Shown in pieces: positions 44,301 through 56,850 of a DNA stretch of 64,000 bases (position 1 is its first letter; each line of letters opens with the position of its first letter). The notes below the pieces were generated by a model that searched no databases, had not been told where the DNA came from, and saw only the letters and a list, made by a program, of their open reading frames with translations. Made by a program: the position numbers and the translations under genes. The stretch comes from Rebecca billardiae RCC1528 (lineage: Eukaryota > Protista > Haptophyta). Location: NCBI GenBank assembly GCA_965240325.2, contig OZ251238.1:1240001-1304000 (forward strand), read 5' to 3'.

Positions 44301-44850
44301 CAAGGGGATTCGGGGTGTACAACAGCACGTCCAGTTGGGCTGCAGCTGGAGCTTGGGTCCAAAAGCTTCCCGCGGCGCAGCGGCACTCGCCGCCGCCGCC
44401 GCCGTCGATGGGCGGTTGTGGCGCGCACGGCGTGAGCCGCTGCGGGCGCTGAGATGCTCGCGACGGCGGCGCTCCCGGCGACGCTGCTGTAGTAGGCCAC
44501 TACCCTCCTCTCTGCTTCGCGCGCGTCGATCGTCGTCGCCGTCTCCGCGCCTGCGACCATCACGCACGCAAGCGCCGCACCGCCCTGCAGCCGGGCCAAT
44601 TTCAGCCGTGACTGCGAATTTGCGTCGCGACCTTGTCGGCCCAGCGCGCGAGGCGCGTGCGGGCGTGGTAGGGCCAGTGTGGTCGCGCGCCATGCCGCCT
44701 CAAGTAAGCCAATCAGAGCGTACAGCAGGGAACGGGGCACGTGTGTTTGGCCGCTTGGACTGTGTTCAAGCAATGCACGGGCTATCGTCGAGGCGATCTC
44801 GAGGCACTCGGTCAAAACGTCAGTTCAAGCGCTCACACGACCTGGGCGAG
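44301..44850 (+). mobile_element. Partial, diverged copy of the foldback element at 62924 (left arm plus part of spacer)
   Basis: Begins caagggga and aligns with 62924-~63470. No right arm is visible. Confidence 0.8.
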
Positions 44851-45552
44851 AGACAAGGGCACACGGCGTCTGACAGCGAACGTGGTGGGCAACGCAAGAA
44901 GATCGTGTCACGTTAGATTATGGCCAACGACATGCGGTCTGTGGAGCCGCGCACGCTCATCGCGGAGCTGCCGACCGTCCGAACGAAGTAGTTTGGACGT
45001 CCGACCCAGCGATGGTCATGCCGGCGTGCTGTCCCCGCACGCTCACGCACCAGCGTCGCCATTCAAGACCGTCATCAACTATATGCGCCGCCTCTGAATG
45101 ACAAGTGCGTCGCGGATTCTCAGGGCCTGCGGCATCGCGCTCCTGAATGACCAGCCCTGGTCCGCGCTTGGCCTTTCGCAGAGTGCGAACCAACGTCCAC
45201 AATCGCGCTGCGGACATCTCCGACAACATACGCCATCCACGTGACGTCCATCCGCCCTGGCAACTAACCGCAGTTATATGCGTATGGGATCCACATGGCC
45301 TCGGATGGCGAGTTTGTATCTATCAGCTACTGCGGTGCACGTGCAGCCCTGACTTGCCGCATGATGATGCATCATCAACGATTGGCCCACCGAGGCTGCC
45401 TACTTCTACCGGCCCGACCTTGAACATCCGCACGGCTGGAGCGACATGTCATAAGAGACCCTACCGTAGCACTTTCTGGGAGCGAGGGTCCGGAGTGACG
45501 CCCAGCACCCGCCGGGTGTGCAGAGCAGTGGCGCAGGCGCCGATCCGCGGCT

Positions 45553-47721
45553 TCAAGTGGCCTCCTTCAGGTGCATGTCCACGTCGTACCGCGCTCTGCG
45601 CTCTGGATCCGAGAGCACCTCGAACGCGGCGGCGATCGCCTTGAAGCGCTCCTCGGCCTCGATGCGCGCGGGCTCGCCCGCGTGCGCCTGGCGATCCGGG
45701 TGGTGGCGCAGCGCGAGGACGTGGTACGCCCGACGAAGCTCGGCGTCGCTAGCGCCCACTGGCACCCCCAGCGTGGCATACAGCCCGGCGGTCTCGCGCA
45801 GCCGCAGCGCCCGCTCCGCTGCGTGCAGCCCGCGCCGCGCCGCGGTGTGCGCCGGGTCGAGCGCGAGGGCCTGCCTGTAGTGCGCCGCCGCTTGCGCGTG
45901 CTCGGCGAGCTGAGCGGCGCAGAGCCCCGCACGCAGGTGCAGCGCCTTGCGCGCGGCAGCGCCCTCGCCGGCGGCGGCACGGCGCGCGCTCGCGCGCAGC
46001 CCGGCCTCGCACGCCGCGAGCCCGGCGCGGTAGTCGCGCCCATCCGCATGGACGGCCGCCACGCGCGCCTGGAGCCCCGCCTCGGTCGCCCCGCCGGGCT
46101 CGCACGCGCGGAGCGCGTCCTCTAGGGCGGCGAGCGCCGCGGCGCGCGCGTCGTCGTCGGTGAGCGCGGCCTCGAGCTCGCGCGCGCGCGCGTCGGCCGC
46201 GTCGAGCGCGAGCACGCGCTCGCACGCATGCGCAAGGCGCGCGAGGCCGCGCGTGTCCTCCGCCTCGCGCTGTGACATGGCGTCGTCGTCGCAGGCCTCC
46301 TTCGCCGCGCCGTCCTCCTCCTCGTCGTCGCCGTCGCTCCACGCCTCGGCGCGGCCGAGCGGAGGCTGGGCGCGCGCGAGCGCGAGCGCCTGGCTGCGCG
46401 GGCCGTCGCGCGCGAGGCAGAGAAGCCGCTCGGCGCGCAACGCCGGGCCGCGCGCGCCGCGCTCGCGCGCGCGCACGCACGCGAGCGCCGCCTCGTCGAG
46501 CTCGGCGGCGGCGCAGAGCGCGCGCGCGTGCGCGGCCGCCAGCCGGCCGTCGAGCGGCGCGCTCGCGAGCAGCAGCTCGGCGTGCGCGCGCACGTCGGCA
46601 AAGGCAGCGGCGCGCGCGGCGTCGGTGGGCGCGGCGTCGGCGTCGTCGGCCATCACCGCGACCTCGGCGGAGCGCTCCTCGAGCTGGCGCGCCTCGTCGA
46701 GCAGGCCGAGCGCCGCGCTGCTCGAGGGCGACGCGTCGAGCGCGCGCAGGCAGAAGGCGCGCGCGCGCGCGTACCGGCCGGCGCGCAGCGCGCACAGCGC
46801 GGCGCGCAGGTTGCCCTTGAGGTAGGCGGGCTGGAGCCGCGCGGCGCGCCACGCGTCGCGCGCGGCGCTCCGGTGCCGCCCGAGCGCGAGGTACGCCGCC
46901 GCGCGGTTCGACAGGCACACCGCGTCGGCGGGCGCCTCTGCGAGCGCGTGCGTGTACCACGCGACCGCCTGCCCAAACTCGCGCTCGCGGTACGCGCCGT
47001 TGGCGCGCGCGCGGCAGTGCTCGACGTACGCGCGGCCCTCGAGCGCGGGGGCGGCCGGGTCCGCGGCGGGCGTGGCCTGCGCGCCGCCGTGCCCCGCGCC
47101 CGCGCCCTCGCCCTCGCCGCAGTCGGGGCCGCCGCCGCCGCCGTCGTCCGCGCCGGCGTCGAGCTGCGCGGCGGCCGCGGCCGCCTCCGAGCCTCCGCCG
47201 GCCGGGTCGGCGCCGGCGGGCTGCGCGCGCTGCGCGGGCTCGGCGCTGCAGGCGAGCGCCGCTGCGGCCAGCTCCGCGCAGTCGGCCCGCGCCACGGCGT
47301 CCCCAGAGGCGTCGGCGCCCGCGGCGACGGCGGTGCGCAGCAGCTCGCGCAGCTGCACGTGCGCCGACCCGCGCGCGCGCACGCCGCGGAGGGCGCGCGC
47401 GCACACGGCGACGACGGCGTCCCAGTGGCCGAGCTCGGCGAGCGCCTGCGCCTGGCGGTAGAGCACCTTGGGCGGCGCGTCCGCGCCGTCGCCGCCGACC
47501 GACGCGCGCGCGGCGCGCTCGGCCGCCTCTGCGTCGCGCAGCGCGTCCGCCGCGCCGCCCGCGCGCAGCAGCGCGGCGGAGCGGTTGCACAGCAGGGCGA
47601 CGTGGTCGGGCTCGAGCGCGAGGGCGCGCGAGAAGTCGCGCACGGCGGCGCCGTACTCGGCCCGCGCGAACGACGCCGCGCCCGAGCGGCGGAGCTCGTC
47701 GACCGCCGTCGGTGCCGCCAT
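45553..47721 (-). CDS. TPR-repeat protein with C-terminal J-domain (DNAJC7-like co-chaperone), 722 aa
   Basis: TPR motifs (LLCNRSAA, CLSNRAAAY) and J-domain 'LYATLGV...RRAYHVLALRHHPDR...RFKAIAAAFEVLSDPERRARYD'. Confidence 0.88.
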   Translation of the reverse strand: MAAPTAVDELRRSGAASFARAEYGAAVRDFSRALALEPDHVALLCNRSAALLRAGGAADALRDAEAAERAARASVGGDGADAPPKVLYRQAQALAELGHWDAVVAVCARALRGVRARGSAHVQLRELLRTAVAAGADASGDAVARADCAELAAAALACSAEPAQRAQPAGADPAGGGSEAAAAAAQLDAGADDGGGGGPDCGEGEGAGAGHGGAQATPAADPAAPALEGRAYVEHCRARANGAYREREFGQAVAWYTHALAEAPADAVCLSNRAAAYLALGRHRSAARDAWRAARLQPAYLKGNLRAALCALRAGRYARARAFCLRALDASPSSSAALGLLDEARQLEERSAEVAVMADDADAAPTDAARAAAFADVRAHAELLLASAPLDGRLAAAHARALCAAAELDEAALACVRARERGARGPALRAERLLCLARDGPRSQALALARAQPPLGRAEAWSDGDDEEEDGAAKEACDDDAMSQREAEDTRGLARLAHACERVLALDAADARARELEAALTDDDARAAALAALEDALRACEPGGATEAGLQARVAAVHADGRDYRAGLAACEAGLRASARRAAAGEGAAARKALHLRAGLCAAQLAEHAQAAAHYRQALALDPAHTAARRGLHAAERALRLRETAGLYATLGVPVGASDAELRRAYHVLALRHHPDRQAHAGEPARIEAEERFKAIAAAFEVLSDPERRARYDVDMHLKEAT

Positions 47722-48164
47722 GACGATGGTTACAACGGCTCCCGTGCCGCCCAGCGCGCCAAGCGTCGCCCTGGTCCGGACTGCCGCCCGGAACTGCCCG
47801 TTCGTCAGAGGGGTCGCAGCCGCTGCCCACGGAGGAGCGCTCAGAACAAGGGGGTTCCTCAGAACCAGCACGGGCCGGCGACAGGCAGCGTACGGCCCTG
47901 CCCGCTTCGGCTCAAGGGCGCGGCGTTTTCACGGATGCGCCTCCGCCCTGATGAACCCGCGCCCGCCGCTCGTCCCTTGCCGCCTTCTCACGTCCACTTT
48001 CATCCGAACTCGCGCTGCGCGGCGGGTGGCCAGCAGACAGAACACGCTGCGCCTGGCGGCGTGGGGCAGCCCTGCCCAGTGCCCACCAGCCTGCTTGCTT
48101 GCTGGGGCGCGGCCGCCACTTGGACGCGCCGCGGCCCGGCGCAGCGCGCGCAGAGCTCGGGAGC

Positions 48165-50069
48165 ATGGCGGCGGCGCGGCGGCGCGCGCCCGCGCGCGGC
48201 GCGGCGCTCGCGCTGCTGCTCGGCGCGCTGCCCACGGCGCACGCCGCGCACTGCGCCGTCACGACGCCCGGCGAGTGCGTCGCGCAGAACGCGTCGGCGG
48301 ACGGCACGGCGTGCGGCTTCTGCGGCGAGACGTGGACGTGCCTGCCGGGCGGGCGGCGCGGGCCGGTGCGCGGCACGCTGGGCTGCCCCGCCGAGGCGTG
48401 GGCGCCCGACCACGCCGCGCTCGCGCGGCACAAGTGGCTCCGCCGCCGCTACCCGCCCGCGGGCCGCTGGCGCGCGCCCGTGTGCCGTGCGGGCGGCGAG
48501 CTGCACTGGGAGGCGCCGAACGCGCGCGGCGCGAGCCGCGCGACGCTGTGGGGCGGGCAGACGTGCGACTGCCCAGCCGAGCGCGCCGGGCTCGAGTGCA
48601 CCGCGTGCGCCACCTCCGCCGGCTGCGCGTCGGCGAACGCGTCGTGCCACACGGAGCTTGCGCTCGAGCGCGCGCGGCTGCAGTGCTCGGTGCGCGCGTC
48701 GATGCCGGACAACGCGGTGTTCCAGATCCTCAACGACTTCGCGCCGGGCGCGGTGCTCCACCTCCGCGTCGACGGCGACAAGGCCGCCCTCGACCTCATC
48801 AAGCCCGTCGAGCACCCGGCGCGCGGCCCGTCGGGCTCGGAGCGCGGCGCGGTCGACGCCTTCTACTCGCCCTACGTCTTCCGCGCGCACGCGGCGGCGC
48901 TGGACGCGAGCGCGGACGAGCTGTGCCCGGCGCACAAGGAGAAGGACGTGGCGTACCCGTGGCCCGCCGACGGCGCCGCGCGCTGCATGCGCTGGACCAT
49001 CACGTCCGACTTTGGCGTCGACTGCCCGCCGGCCGACGCGGCGTACCCGGCGGGCTGGTCTCGGTTTGGCGGCGCGTGCCCGCAGGTGAAGGGCTTCTTC
49101 GCGCCGCCGTTCTCGGTGGCGTGCGCGAAGGAGCCGGCGCGCGGGCGCGGCGCGGGCGAGCGCGTCTCGTACGGCTGCGTCGCGTGGGGCGGGCAGAGCG
49201 GCCAGTTCACCTTCGCGCTCGCGTGCGAGGCGGAGGGCGTGTGCGTCGACGACGGCGGCGCGCCACGCCCGACGCCGCCGCCGTCGCCGCCGCCGCCCGC
49301 GCGGTACTGCTACGCGCACCCGCAGCTGTGCGACAAGATGAAGGTGACGGCGGTGTTCATCTCGCCGCTGCTCGGCGCGCTCGTCGGCCTCGTCGCGTGG
49401 AAGCTCGCCGCGTGCCTCTCCCGCCGCGCGCAGGCCGACGCGCGGCTGCGCGCCGCGCTCGCAAGCGGGGGCGGCGGCCGCGGCGCGCGGCTGCCGCTGC
49501 CCGCGTACGGCGGCGGCGGCGGGAGCGGCGCGGGGCAGTCGCGCGCGAACGGCAACGGCGCGAGCTCGTCGCTGCTCGCCGCGGGCGGCGCCGACTTTGA
49601 GTGCACGCCGCTCCCGACGGCGCACGACGACGCGCTCGGCACGGTGCGCGGCGCGCGCGCGCGCCGCCGTTCCGCGCGCCGCCGTTGGGCGCGCCCCGCC
49701 GCGCCGTGCGCCGCCGCCGCCGCGCGCCGCGCTCACGCCGCGTGCGCGCACCGCGCGCCGCCGCTCGCCGCGGCAGGAGCCGCTGCGGATCAGCGAGGCC
49801 GCCGGCGCGTGCGCCGCCGCGCCCGCCGCCGCCGCGCCGCCGCCGCCCGGCCGCGCCCCCAAGCCCGCGGCCGGCTCGCGCGCGTCGCCGCCCTCCCTCC
49901 CGCCAGCCGGGCAGCAGCAGTGCGCGCACGACGAGCGCCGCGCGCGCTCCGAGTACGGCGGCGCGACCATCACGTTCCAGCGCGTGAGCTACCAGCCGCC
50001 GGTGCGGCTGACGTGGGCGCGCGCCAAGTCGGACGCCTCGCGCCGCGCGCGCGCGCTGCTCGCCAGCGC

Positions 50070-50117
<48 letters not shown>

Positions 50118-50177
50118 GTCCCCGGCCGGCGGCGGCGGCGGCGCCGGCCTGCTCGGCGCGCGCGCGCCGCGCTCCGA

Positions 50178-50208
<31 letters not shown>

Positions 50209-52332
50209 TCGGGCGTCGGCGTCGAGAGCGGCGAGCGCGGCGCCGCCGCCGGCGCCGCCGCTGGCGGCGGCGGCGCGGCGGGCCCGCCCACCCTCCTCTC
50301 CGTCGCGCGCGGCGTCGTGCCCCGCGGCGTGTGCGCGATGCTCGGCCCGTCCGGCGCGGGCAAGTCGACGCTGCTCGACATCCTGGCGGGGCGCAAGGAG
50401 GCGGGCGCGGTGCAGGCGAGCGTGCAGCTCGACGGCACGCCCGCCGGCGCGGCGGAGCGGCGGCGCGTGATCGGGTACGTGACGCAGGAGGACGTGCTGC
50501 ACGGCACCTCGACGGTGAGCGAGTACCTCCGCTTCCACGCGGCGCTCCGGCTGCGGCCGCGCGGGGGGCAGAGCGCGCACGACGCGGCGGAGGCGCGCGA
50601 GGCCGCGGTCGGCTCGACGCTCGACACGCTCGGGCTCGCGCACCGCGCGGACGCGCGCATCGGCGACGCGTTCGTGCGCGGGCTGTCGGGCGGCGAGCGC
50701 CGGCGCGTCTCGATCGCGGTGGAGCTCCTCGCGTGCGCCTCTGGCATCCTCCTGCTGGACGAGCCGCTCTCCGGCCTCGACTCGTCGTCCGCGGCCGCGG
50801 TCGTGTCCGCGCTGGTCGGGCTGGGGCGGGGCGGCGCGACCGTGTGCTTCTCGGTGCACCAGCCGTCGTGGCGGCTGTTCGCGCAGGCGAGCCACGTGCT
50901 GCTGATGGCGCCGGGCGGCAGCCTGGTGTACTGCGGCCCGCGCGTCGAGCTGCACGGCTGGTTTGAGCAGCGGGCCGTCTCCCTCGCCGAGCTCTCGCCC
51001 AACCCGGCGGAGGCGCTGCTCGACCTGGTGAGCGGCGCGCCGCCCGCGCAGCTGGCCGAGCTGGCGCGCGAGGCGGCGGAGAGCGCGGGCGAGCTGGCGG
51101 CCGAGCTGACCGCGGCGCAGCGCGCGAGCGGCCGCGCGCGCGTCGTCTCGGACGCCGAGCCCGCCGGCTCGGCCGCGGCCGCGTGGAGCGACGCGCTCGG
51201 CTCCGGGCGCGTGGGCGGCCTCTCGACCGGCCTCACCGCGCTCGCGTCCGCGGGCAACCTCGGCGGCGGCGGCGGGAGCAGCGCGCGGCCGGAGCGCGCG
51301 CCGTTCCTCGAGCAGTTCCTCCGGCTGTGCGCGCGCCAGATGCGGCAGACGGTGCGCCACCCGCTCGTCGTGACGCTCAACTTCCTGGTGGTGGGCGGTG
51401 CCGCGCTCGTGCTGGGCGTGCTGTTCAGAGACGTGAGCGACGACCTGCCGGGCGTGCTCAACCGCTCGGGGATGGTCTTCTTCATCACCAACTTCTTCAT
51501 GCTCACCGCGCTCGTCTCGCTCTCGATGTGGCAGCACGAGCGGCTGCTCTACTTTGCGGTGCGCACCGCGCGCGCCGCGCGCCGCCGCCGAGCGCGCCGA
51601 CCCGCCCCGCCGCTCACGCGCGCCGCCCCGCGCCGCGCCCGTCCCTCGGCGCGCTGGTCCGCCCGCCCGCCGCCGCGGCCGCCCCTGCTCGCGGTCCGTC
51701 TGCCTGCCTGCCCGCCCGCCCGCCCGCCCGCCCGCCCGCCCGGCGTGCAGGAGCACTCGTCCGGCTGCTACGGCCCGGGCGCGTACGTGCTCTCCAAGGC
51801 GCTGTGCGAGCTGCTGCCGCTGCGCGTGCTGCCCGTCTTCCTGTTCGGCGCGATCGCGTACCCGCTGATCGGCCTCAAGCCGACCGCGGAGGCGGCGGCG
51901 TGGTTCGCCGCGCTCATGTGCCTCGCGAACGCGAACGCGTCGGCCATGTTCAACATCATCGGCGTGGGCTGCGCCAACACCGCGCTGGGCACGCTGCTCG
52001 CCGTGGCGGTGGCGCTCGTCACGCAGCTCTTCTCGGGCTTCATCCTCAACAAGAACTCGCTGGACGGGCCGGGGCTGGCGCTCACGCGCGTCTCCTTCCT
52101 CTCGTACGCGTGCGAGGCGCTGATGGTGAACGAGCTGGCCGGCGCGGCCATCACGATTAAGCCGGAGGGGATGAACGTCTCGCTGCCCACCACGGGCGAG
52201 GTGATCCTCGACCAGATCGGCATGGACGGCGCCAACTTCACGTACGACGTCAGTGTGCTCGTCGCGTGGCTCTGCTCGTGCGTGGGCCTGTCGTACGTCG
52301 TGCTCAAGTGGTGCGTCAAGGAGAAGCGCTGA
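48165..52332 (+). CDS. ABCG half-transporter with Cys-rich extracellular N-terminus (Adp1-like), ~1280 aa; exons 48165-49643, 49777-51558, 51751-52332
   Basis: Signal peptide, Cys-rich region and TM helix, then Walker A GPSGAGKST, signature LSGGERRRVSI, LLLDEP, SVHQP and an ABC2 membrane domain. Two phase-0 introns. Confidence 0.9.
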
Positions 52333-52694
52333 CGACTCCGACGCTGCGCCCGGCCGGGCGCGCCCGCTCCGAAGCAGCGGTTAGTGCGCCTTGCTGGCAG
52401 GCGCTGCCACGCAGTCGAGCTGCGGCTGGCTGAGCGGCGCGCGCGCGGGGCGGTCAAGTAGTTGGAAGTAAACGACGTGGCATCCTCAGAGTCATGTATC
52501 CGTCTGATGCCCGGGGCCGCTGTCTGTCTGACTGATGCCATCACTAGTCGTGATGCCATCATCATCACGACGATGATATAGTAGATGATCGCGTCGCGAT
52601 GCGGATGACTCAGCCGCTGACACAGTGACGATTGCCGCGCGCGCGCAGCCGGGCGCCGTCAAAACCCCGCCGCCGCCTGCATCAATAATTCTGC

Positions 52695-52700
<6 letters not shown>

Positions 52701-52788
<88 letters not shown>
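52701..52788. repeat. (TA)n microsatellite, ~44 units
   Basis: Read directly from the sequence. Confidence 0.95.
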
Positions 52789-52793
<5 letters not shown>

Positions 52794-53498
52794 CATCTAG
52801 GCGGCGCGCTCACTCTCCAAGCCCCTCTATTTGCAGCTGCGCGCCGCTTGGCCGGGCGCGCGGCGACGCGTCAGTGACTACGACCTCATCCTCATCCAGG
52901 CGCCCGCACGCGGGCGCACGGTGACGGGGTGACGGGGGCCGGCGACAGCCGGCGGCTGCCGTCTGCCGCAGGCTCGGCTCGCCGCTAGGTCCGTACTAGG
53001 TCGGCGGGCGGCGACATTGTGATTTAGACCGTACGACCTTACCCAGTATTCCCTCATCCATTATTCATCCGCGATCCAAGTGCTCCGGAAGGCGCTCGGT
53101 CGCGGCGGCATCTGCCGCCGCCGCCGCGTGCCCCAGGCCGAGGCGGTGCTCCATCCTGCATCCAGGCCCTGCTCCCTCAGAGGGGCAGGGCCCGTGCGGG
53201 TGGCGCACTGCCTGACCTCACAGTCAGTGTCCGATACTCCGATTCTGATAGTGTCATCGGCTACCCGTCCCCGCTGAGGCGGGCGCCTTCCCCCTGCACT
53301 GGGTCAGCAGTATCGTCGTCAGTAGTAGCACTACGACTCGTCATCTGTCATCAACTACGACTACGGTGCCGCACCGCCCGTCGCCACTGTCACTCACCGT
53401 TGTCGTGACTGCCAGCGTCAGTCAGTGCGGCCCGCCGCCGCCGCCGGCGCCGGCCGGCCGCTCGCCCGCTGCGCAAAAGCGCGTGCCCGCGGGCGCGG

Positions 53499-54215
53499 CT
53501 ACGCGGCGCCGTCGACCTTGACGGGCAGGAAGGAGAGCACCTTGCGCAGCAGCGCCGCCGACTTCTCCACCTCGGCCTTCGAGCGGTCGAGGTACTTCTT
53601 GACCGCGTCCCTGCCGCCGCCCGGGTTGGCCTCGCCCCAGCTGGACGTGTACGACATCACGTTGGCGTTCTCCGCGCGCTGCGCCCACTCCTCGATGGCG
53701 GCGTCGTACGCCTCGAAGTCGGCGTCGGGCGCGAGCAGCGGCTGCGCGCGGATCATCACCTGGTCGGCGAGGTACAGCGGGTGCTTCGTCGACTTGAAGC
53801 CCATCACCTCCTGCACGCGCGCCGGGTCAAAGTCGCACGAGCACTTGGCCATGTTGGACGAGGCGGCCTGCCGCCGCGCCTCGGAGCTCTTGCAGCTGGC
53901 GGAGGACTCGTCGGCGTAGCACTTGATCGTCTCCAAGTCCCAGTTCTCCAGCAGCTTGCGGATCCCGTTGTACCCCACCACGAGCCGGTCGAGCTCCGCC
54001 TGCGACGCGACCGCGGCCGCGTGCGCGGCCGGCGGCGCCGCCGGGAGCAGAGAGAGCGCGGCGACGGCGGAGGAGGCCTGGAGCAGGGCCGAGCGGCGAC
54101 TCGCGAGCGCGCGCGCCCGCTCCACGCGCGGCAGCTCGCGCACGCCCACCGCCACCTCGGCGATGAGCACGGCCGCCATCATCACCGCGAGCGGGCGCGA
54201 CGCGGGCGGAGCCAT
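53499..54215 (-). CDS. Putative thylakoid-lumen protein with tripartite targeting (signal, transit, Tat); helical mature domain
   Basis: Hydrophobic N-terminus, then twin-arginine 'SRRSALL', a hydrophobic stretch and an 'AHA' cleavage site. Mature part contains 'SYTSSWGEANPGGG'. Confidence 0.72.
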   Translation of the reverse strand: MAPPASRPLAVMMAAVLIAEVAVGVRELPRVERARALASRRSALLQASSAVAALSLLPAAPPAAHAAAVASQAELDRLVVGYNGIRKLLENWDLETIKCYADESSASCKSSEARRQAASSNMAKCSCDFDPARVQEVMGFKSTKHPLYLADQVMIRAQPLLAPDADFEAYDAAIEEWAQRAENANVMSYTSSWGEANPGGGRDAVKKYLDRSKAEVEKSAALLRKVLSFLPVKVDGAA

Positions 54216-54907
54216 GATGGTTCTGCAGTACAGTAGTGCAGTCTGCACGCACTTTGGACCAGGTTGGTGGTGGGCGTTAGGCTGTCCGACTCTACACTGC
54301 TGTGCGGACAGGCTAGGTGGGCGTCATTCAGGCCGGAGTGTGATGATGACGATGGTGGTGAGGTTCGACGACGACGGATTGACGGCGGAAGTTGACTCCG
54401 GCGCTGGGCAAGGGAGTGAGTCGCGCTGGGCGAAGACGAGATGAAGCAAGCATCCGACTGCTGTGCCAGCGCCGCACGCGCGGAGCGGGCGCCACTGCAG
54501 CTCCTCACCAGCGAGACGACGCTTCGCGCGCACCCGGCGTGCAGGCACAGCCCGCCCTGGAGCAGCCCGCCGAGGCGGACCTTGGGCAGCAGCCCTACAT
54601 GCAGGCCGGCACACGCGGTGGGGTGGCACCTATGCCGGCCCCAGCCCGCAAGCGCAAACAGCCGGACGCCCCGGCCCTCGCCGCTGGTGAGCCAGCGAAC
54701 CCTCCGGGCAACAGAACCCTGCCGCCGGCCTTGAGGCCGACACGCCATACCGGGGCACATATCACCTGAGGGCCAGGCCTTCTGTGTGATAAGCTACCCC
54801 AGTCATGCCGCTTGATACACGCCTTCCCCAACCGACAGTGGGGCTCCACGTTCCTTACTACATCCTCATCCTGTCGGCGCGCTGTTGCATCGGCGCCTAG
54901 TCGGCGA

Positions 54908-55132
54908 GTTCGGACGACGACGTTTTGTGGACGACGGTGGGGCGAGGACGACGGGCGCTGGCGCGCCGCGAGGCGGCCGCAGCCCTCATCCAGGCCTCGC
55001 AGGCGGACGGCTGAACGATTTTTCCGGCGGCGCTGCCATCGGCGACGGCTTCATGGGCGGTGACCGTTGGCGGGCCGCGTCAATCTCGCCTTAGCCTGAG
55101 CTGTGTGCGTCTCTTATTCTTAGTACACTGTA
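54908..55132 (+). repeat. Repeat R1, long copy (a further decayed 3' fragment lies at ~55186-55258)
   Basis: Matches 9780-10012; ends ctcttattcttagtacactgtac. Confidence 0.85.
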
Positions 55133-55479
55133 CCCCGCCATACGGTCATTGAATCCGAAAGTATGTACATCACAGTAGTACTGTTCTCGCCTGCTGCCTG
55201 AGCTGTGTGCGTGCCTGTGCAGCTGTGTGCGCGCGTCTCTTATTCTAAGTCAACTGTCGTAGTACTACCGTATATACGACTATGGCCACGGGCGGAAGAA
55301 CTGCGTGCTGCGGTAGATTGGAGCGTCGGCATGCGCGCGCGCACCGCGCCGCTGCAACGCGCACCGCGGCACCACACTCTGTCCACAGCAGACACAGTGA
55401 CAGCTCCTCGTCGATGCGTGGCGGCCAGCTCGGCCGCCCGAGCGCGGCGGCGCGCGCGCGCGCGCGCGAGGCCCGGCCG

Positions 55480-56817
55480 TCAGCACCCCTCGATGCACCC
55501 CTCGACCGCGAGCGCACGCACCGCGCGGTGCAGCTGGCCGCCGGGGTCGTGCCGCGCCCACCACGCGTCGTCCAGCTCGGCGAGGTGCGCCACCAGCCAG
55601 CGCCCGACCGCGCCGACGAGCGCGTCGCCCGCCGCGCCGCCCGTCTCGTGCCCCGCGCGCAGGCAGCCGAGCGCCGCCGCCGGGCTCAGCGCCGCCGCCG
55701 CGCACTGCGCGAGCGCGGCCGCGGCGTCGTCGCAGCCCCACAGCTGCGCGAGCGCGCACGCGCGCGCGCACTCGAGCGCGCCCAGCCGCCGCGCGTCCGC
55801 GCGCAGGCGGCCGAGCAGCGCCGCGCGCTCGGCGCCGCGGCGCGCGCGCTCGCAGCGCGCGGCGCTCTCCGCCGCGCCGCCCGCCGCCTCCGTGCCCGCG
55901 CCGCCGCCCTCCGCGCGCGCGCCGGGCGGCGGCAGCGCGCCGCCGCCGTACACGAAGCGGAGCAGGCCGAGCAGCGCCGCGCGCGTGCGCACGCACGGCA
56001 CGCGCACGCGCGCGGCGCGCGCCTCCGCCCACCGCGGCGCCGCGCCGCCCGAGCCGCCGCCCGCGCGTCCGAACATGAGCGCAAAGTAGGGGCAGAGCGC
56101 GGACAGCACGCGCCGGTGTGCGGGCACGGCCGCGCCCGCCTCCTCCGCCTCCGCGCCCGCCCCCTCCGCCCCCTCCGCCCCCTCCGCCTCGAGTCGCCCG
56201 GCCGGCAGCAGCAGCACATCTGCACCGCACGCGTCGCCCGCGCGCCCGGCCAGCGCGGCGGCGAGGGGCTCGAGCGCGGGCGCGGGCGGCGAGGCGCGCG
56301 CGCCGCCGTCGGCGGCCGTCGGCGGCTCCTCCGCGCCCGCCTCGTCGTCATCGCTCTCCACCCCCGCGCGCGCGAGCGCGGGCACCGCCGCCGCCGCGCC
56401 GACCGCGCGGATGGCTGCGCTGAGGCGCGCCCCCGCGCAGCCGCCGGGCGCGCCGGTGCGGGCGGCGCACGCGCGATCGTCGGCGCCCTCGCAGCCGCAC
56501 GGCAGCGGCAGCCACACCGTGCCGCGCGCCGCCCACGCCCACAGCGCGCGGTACGCCGCGGGCGCGTCCGCGCCGCCGCACTCGGCGCGGACGCGCAGGG
56601 CGCCGCCGCGCGCGGGGCGCGCGCCGTCCGCGGCCGCGCGCGCCGCGAGAGCGGCCGCCCACTGCGGCGCCCGCGCGCGCAGCACGGCGGAGAGCATGCG
56701 CACGCGCACCACGGCTGCGCGTGCGCCCTCGCCCTCGCCCGTCGGCACGAGCAGCACGAGCCGAGGCGGCAGCGGCGCGCCATCCGCGCGCGCGGCCGCG
56801 CGCCACGGCTGCGCGCC

Positions 56818-56850
<33 letters not shown>

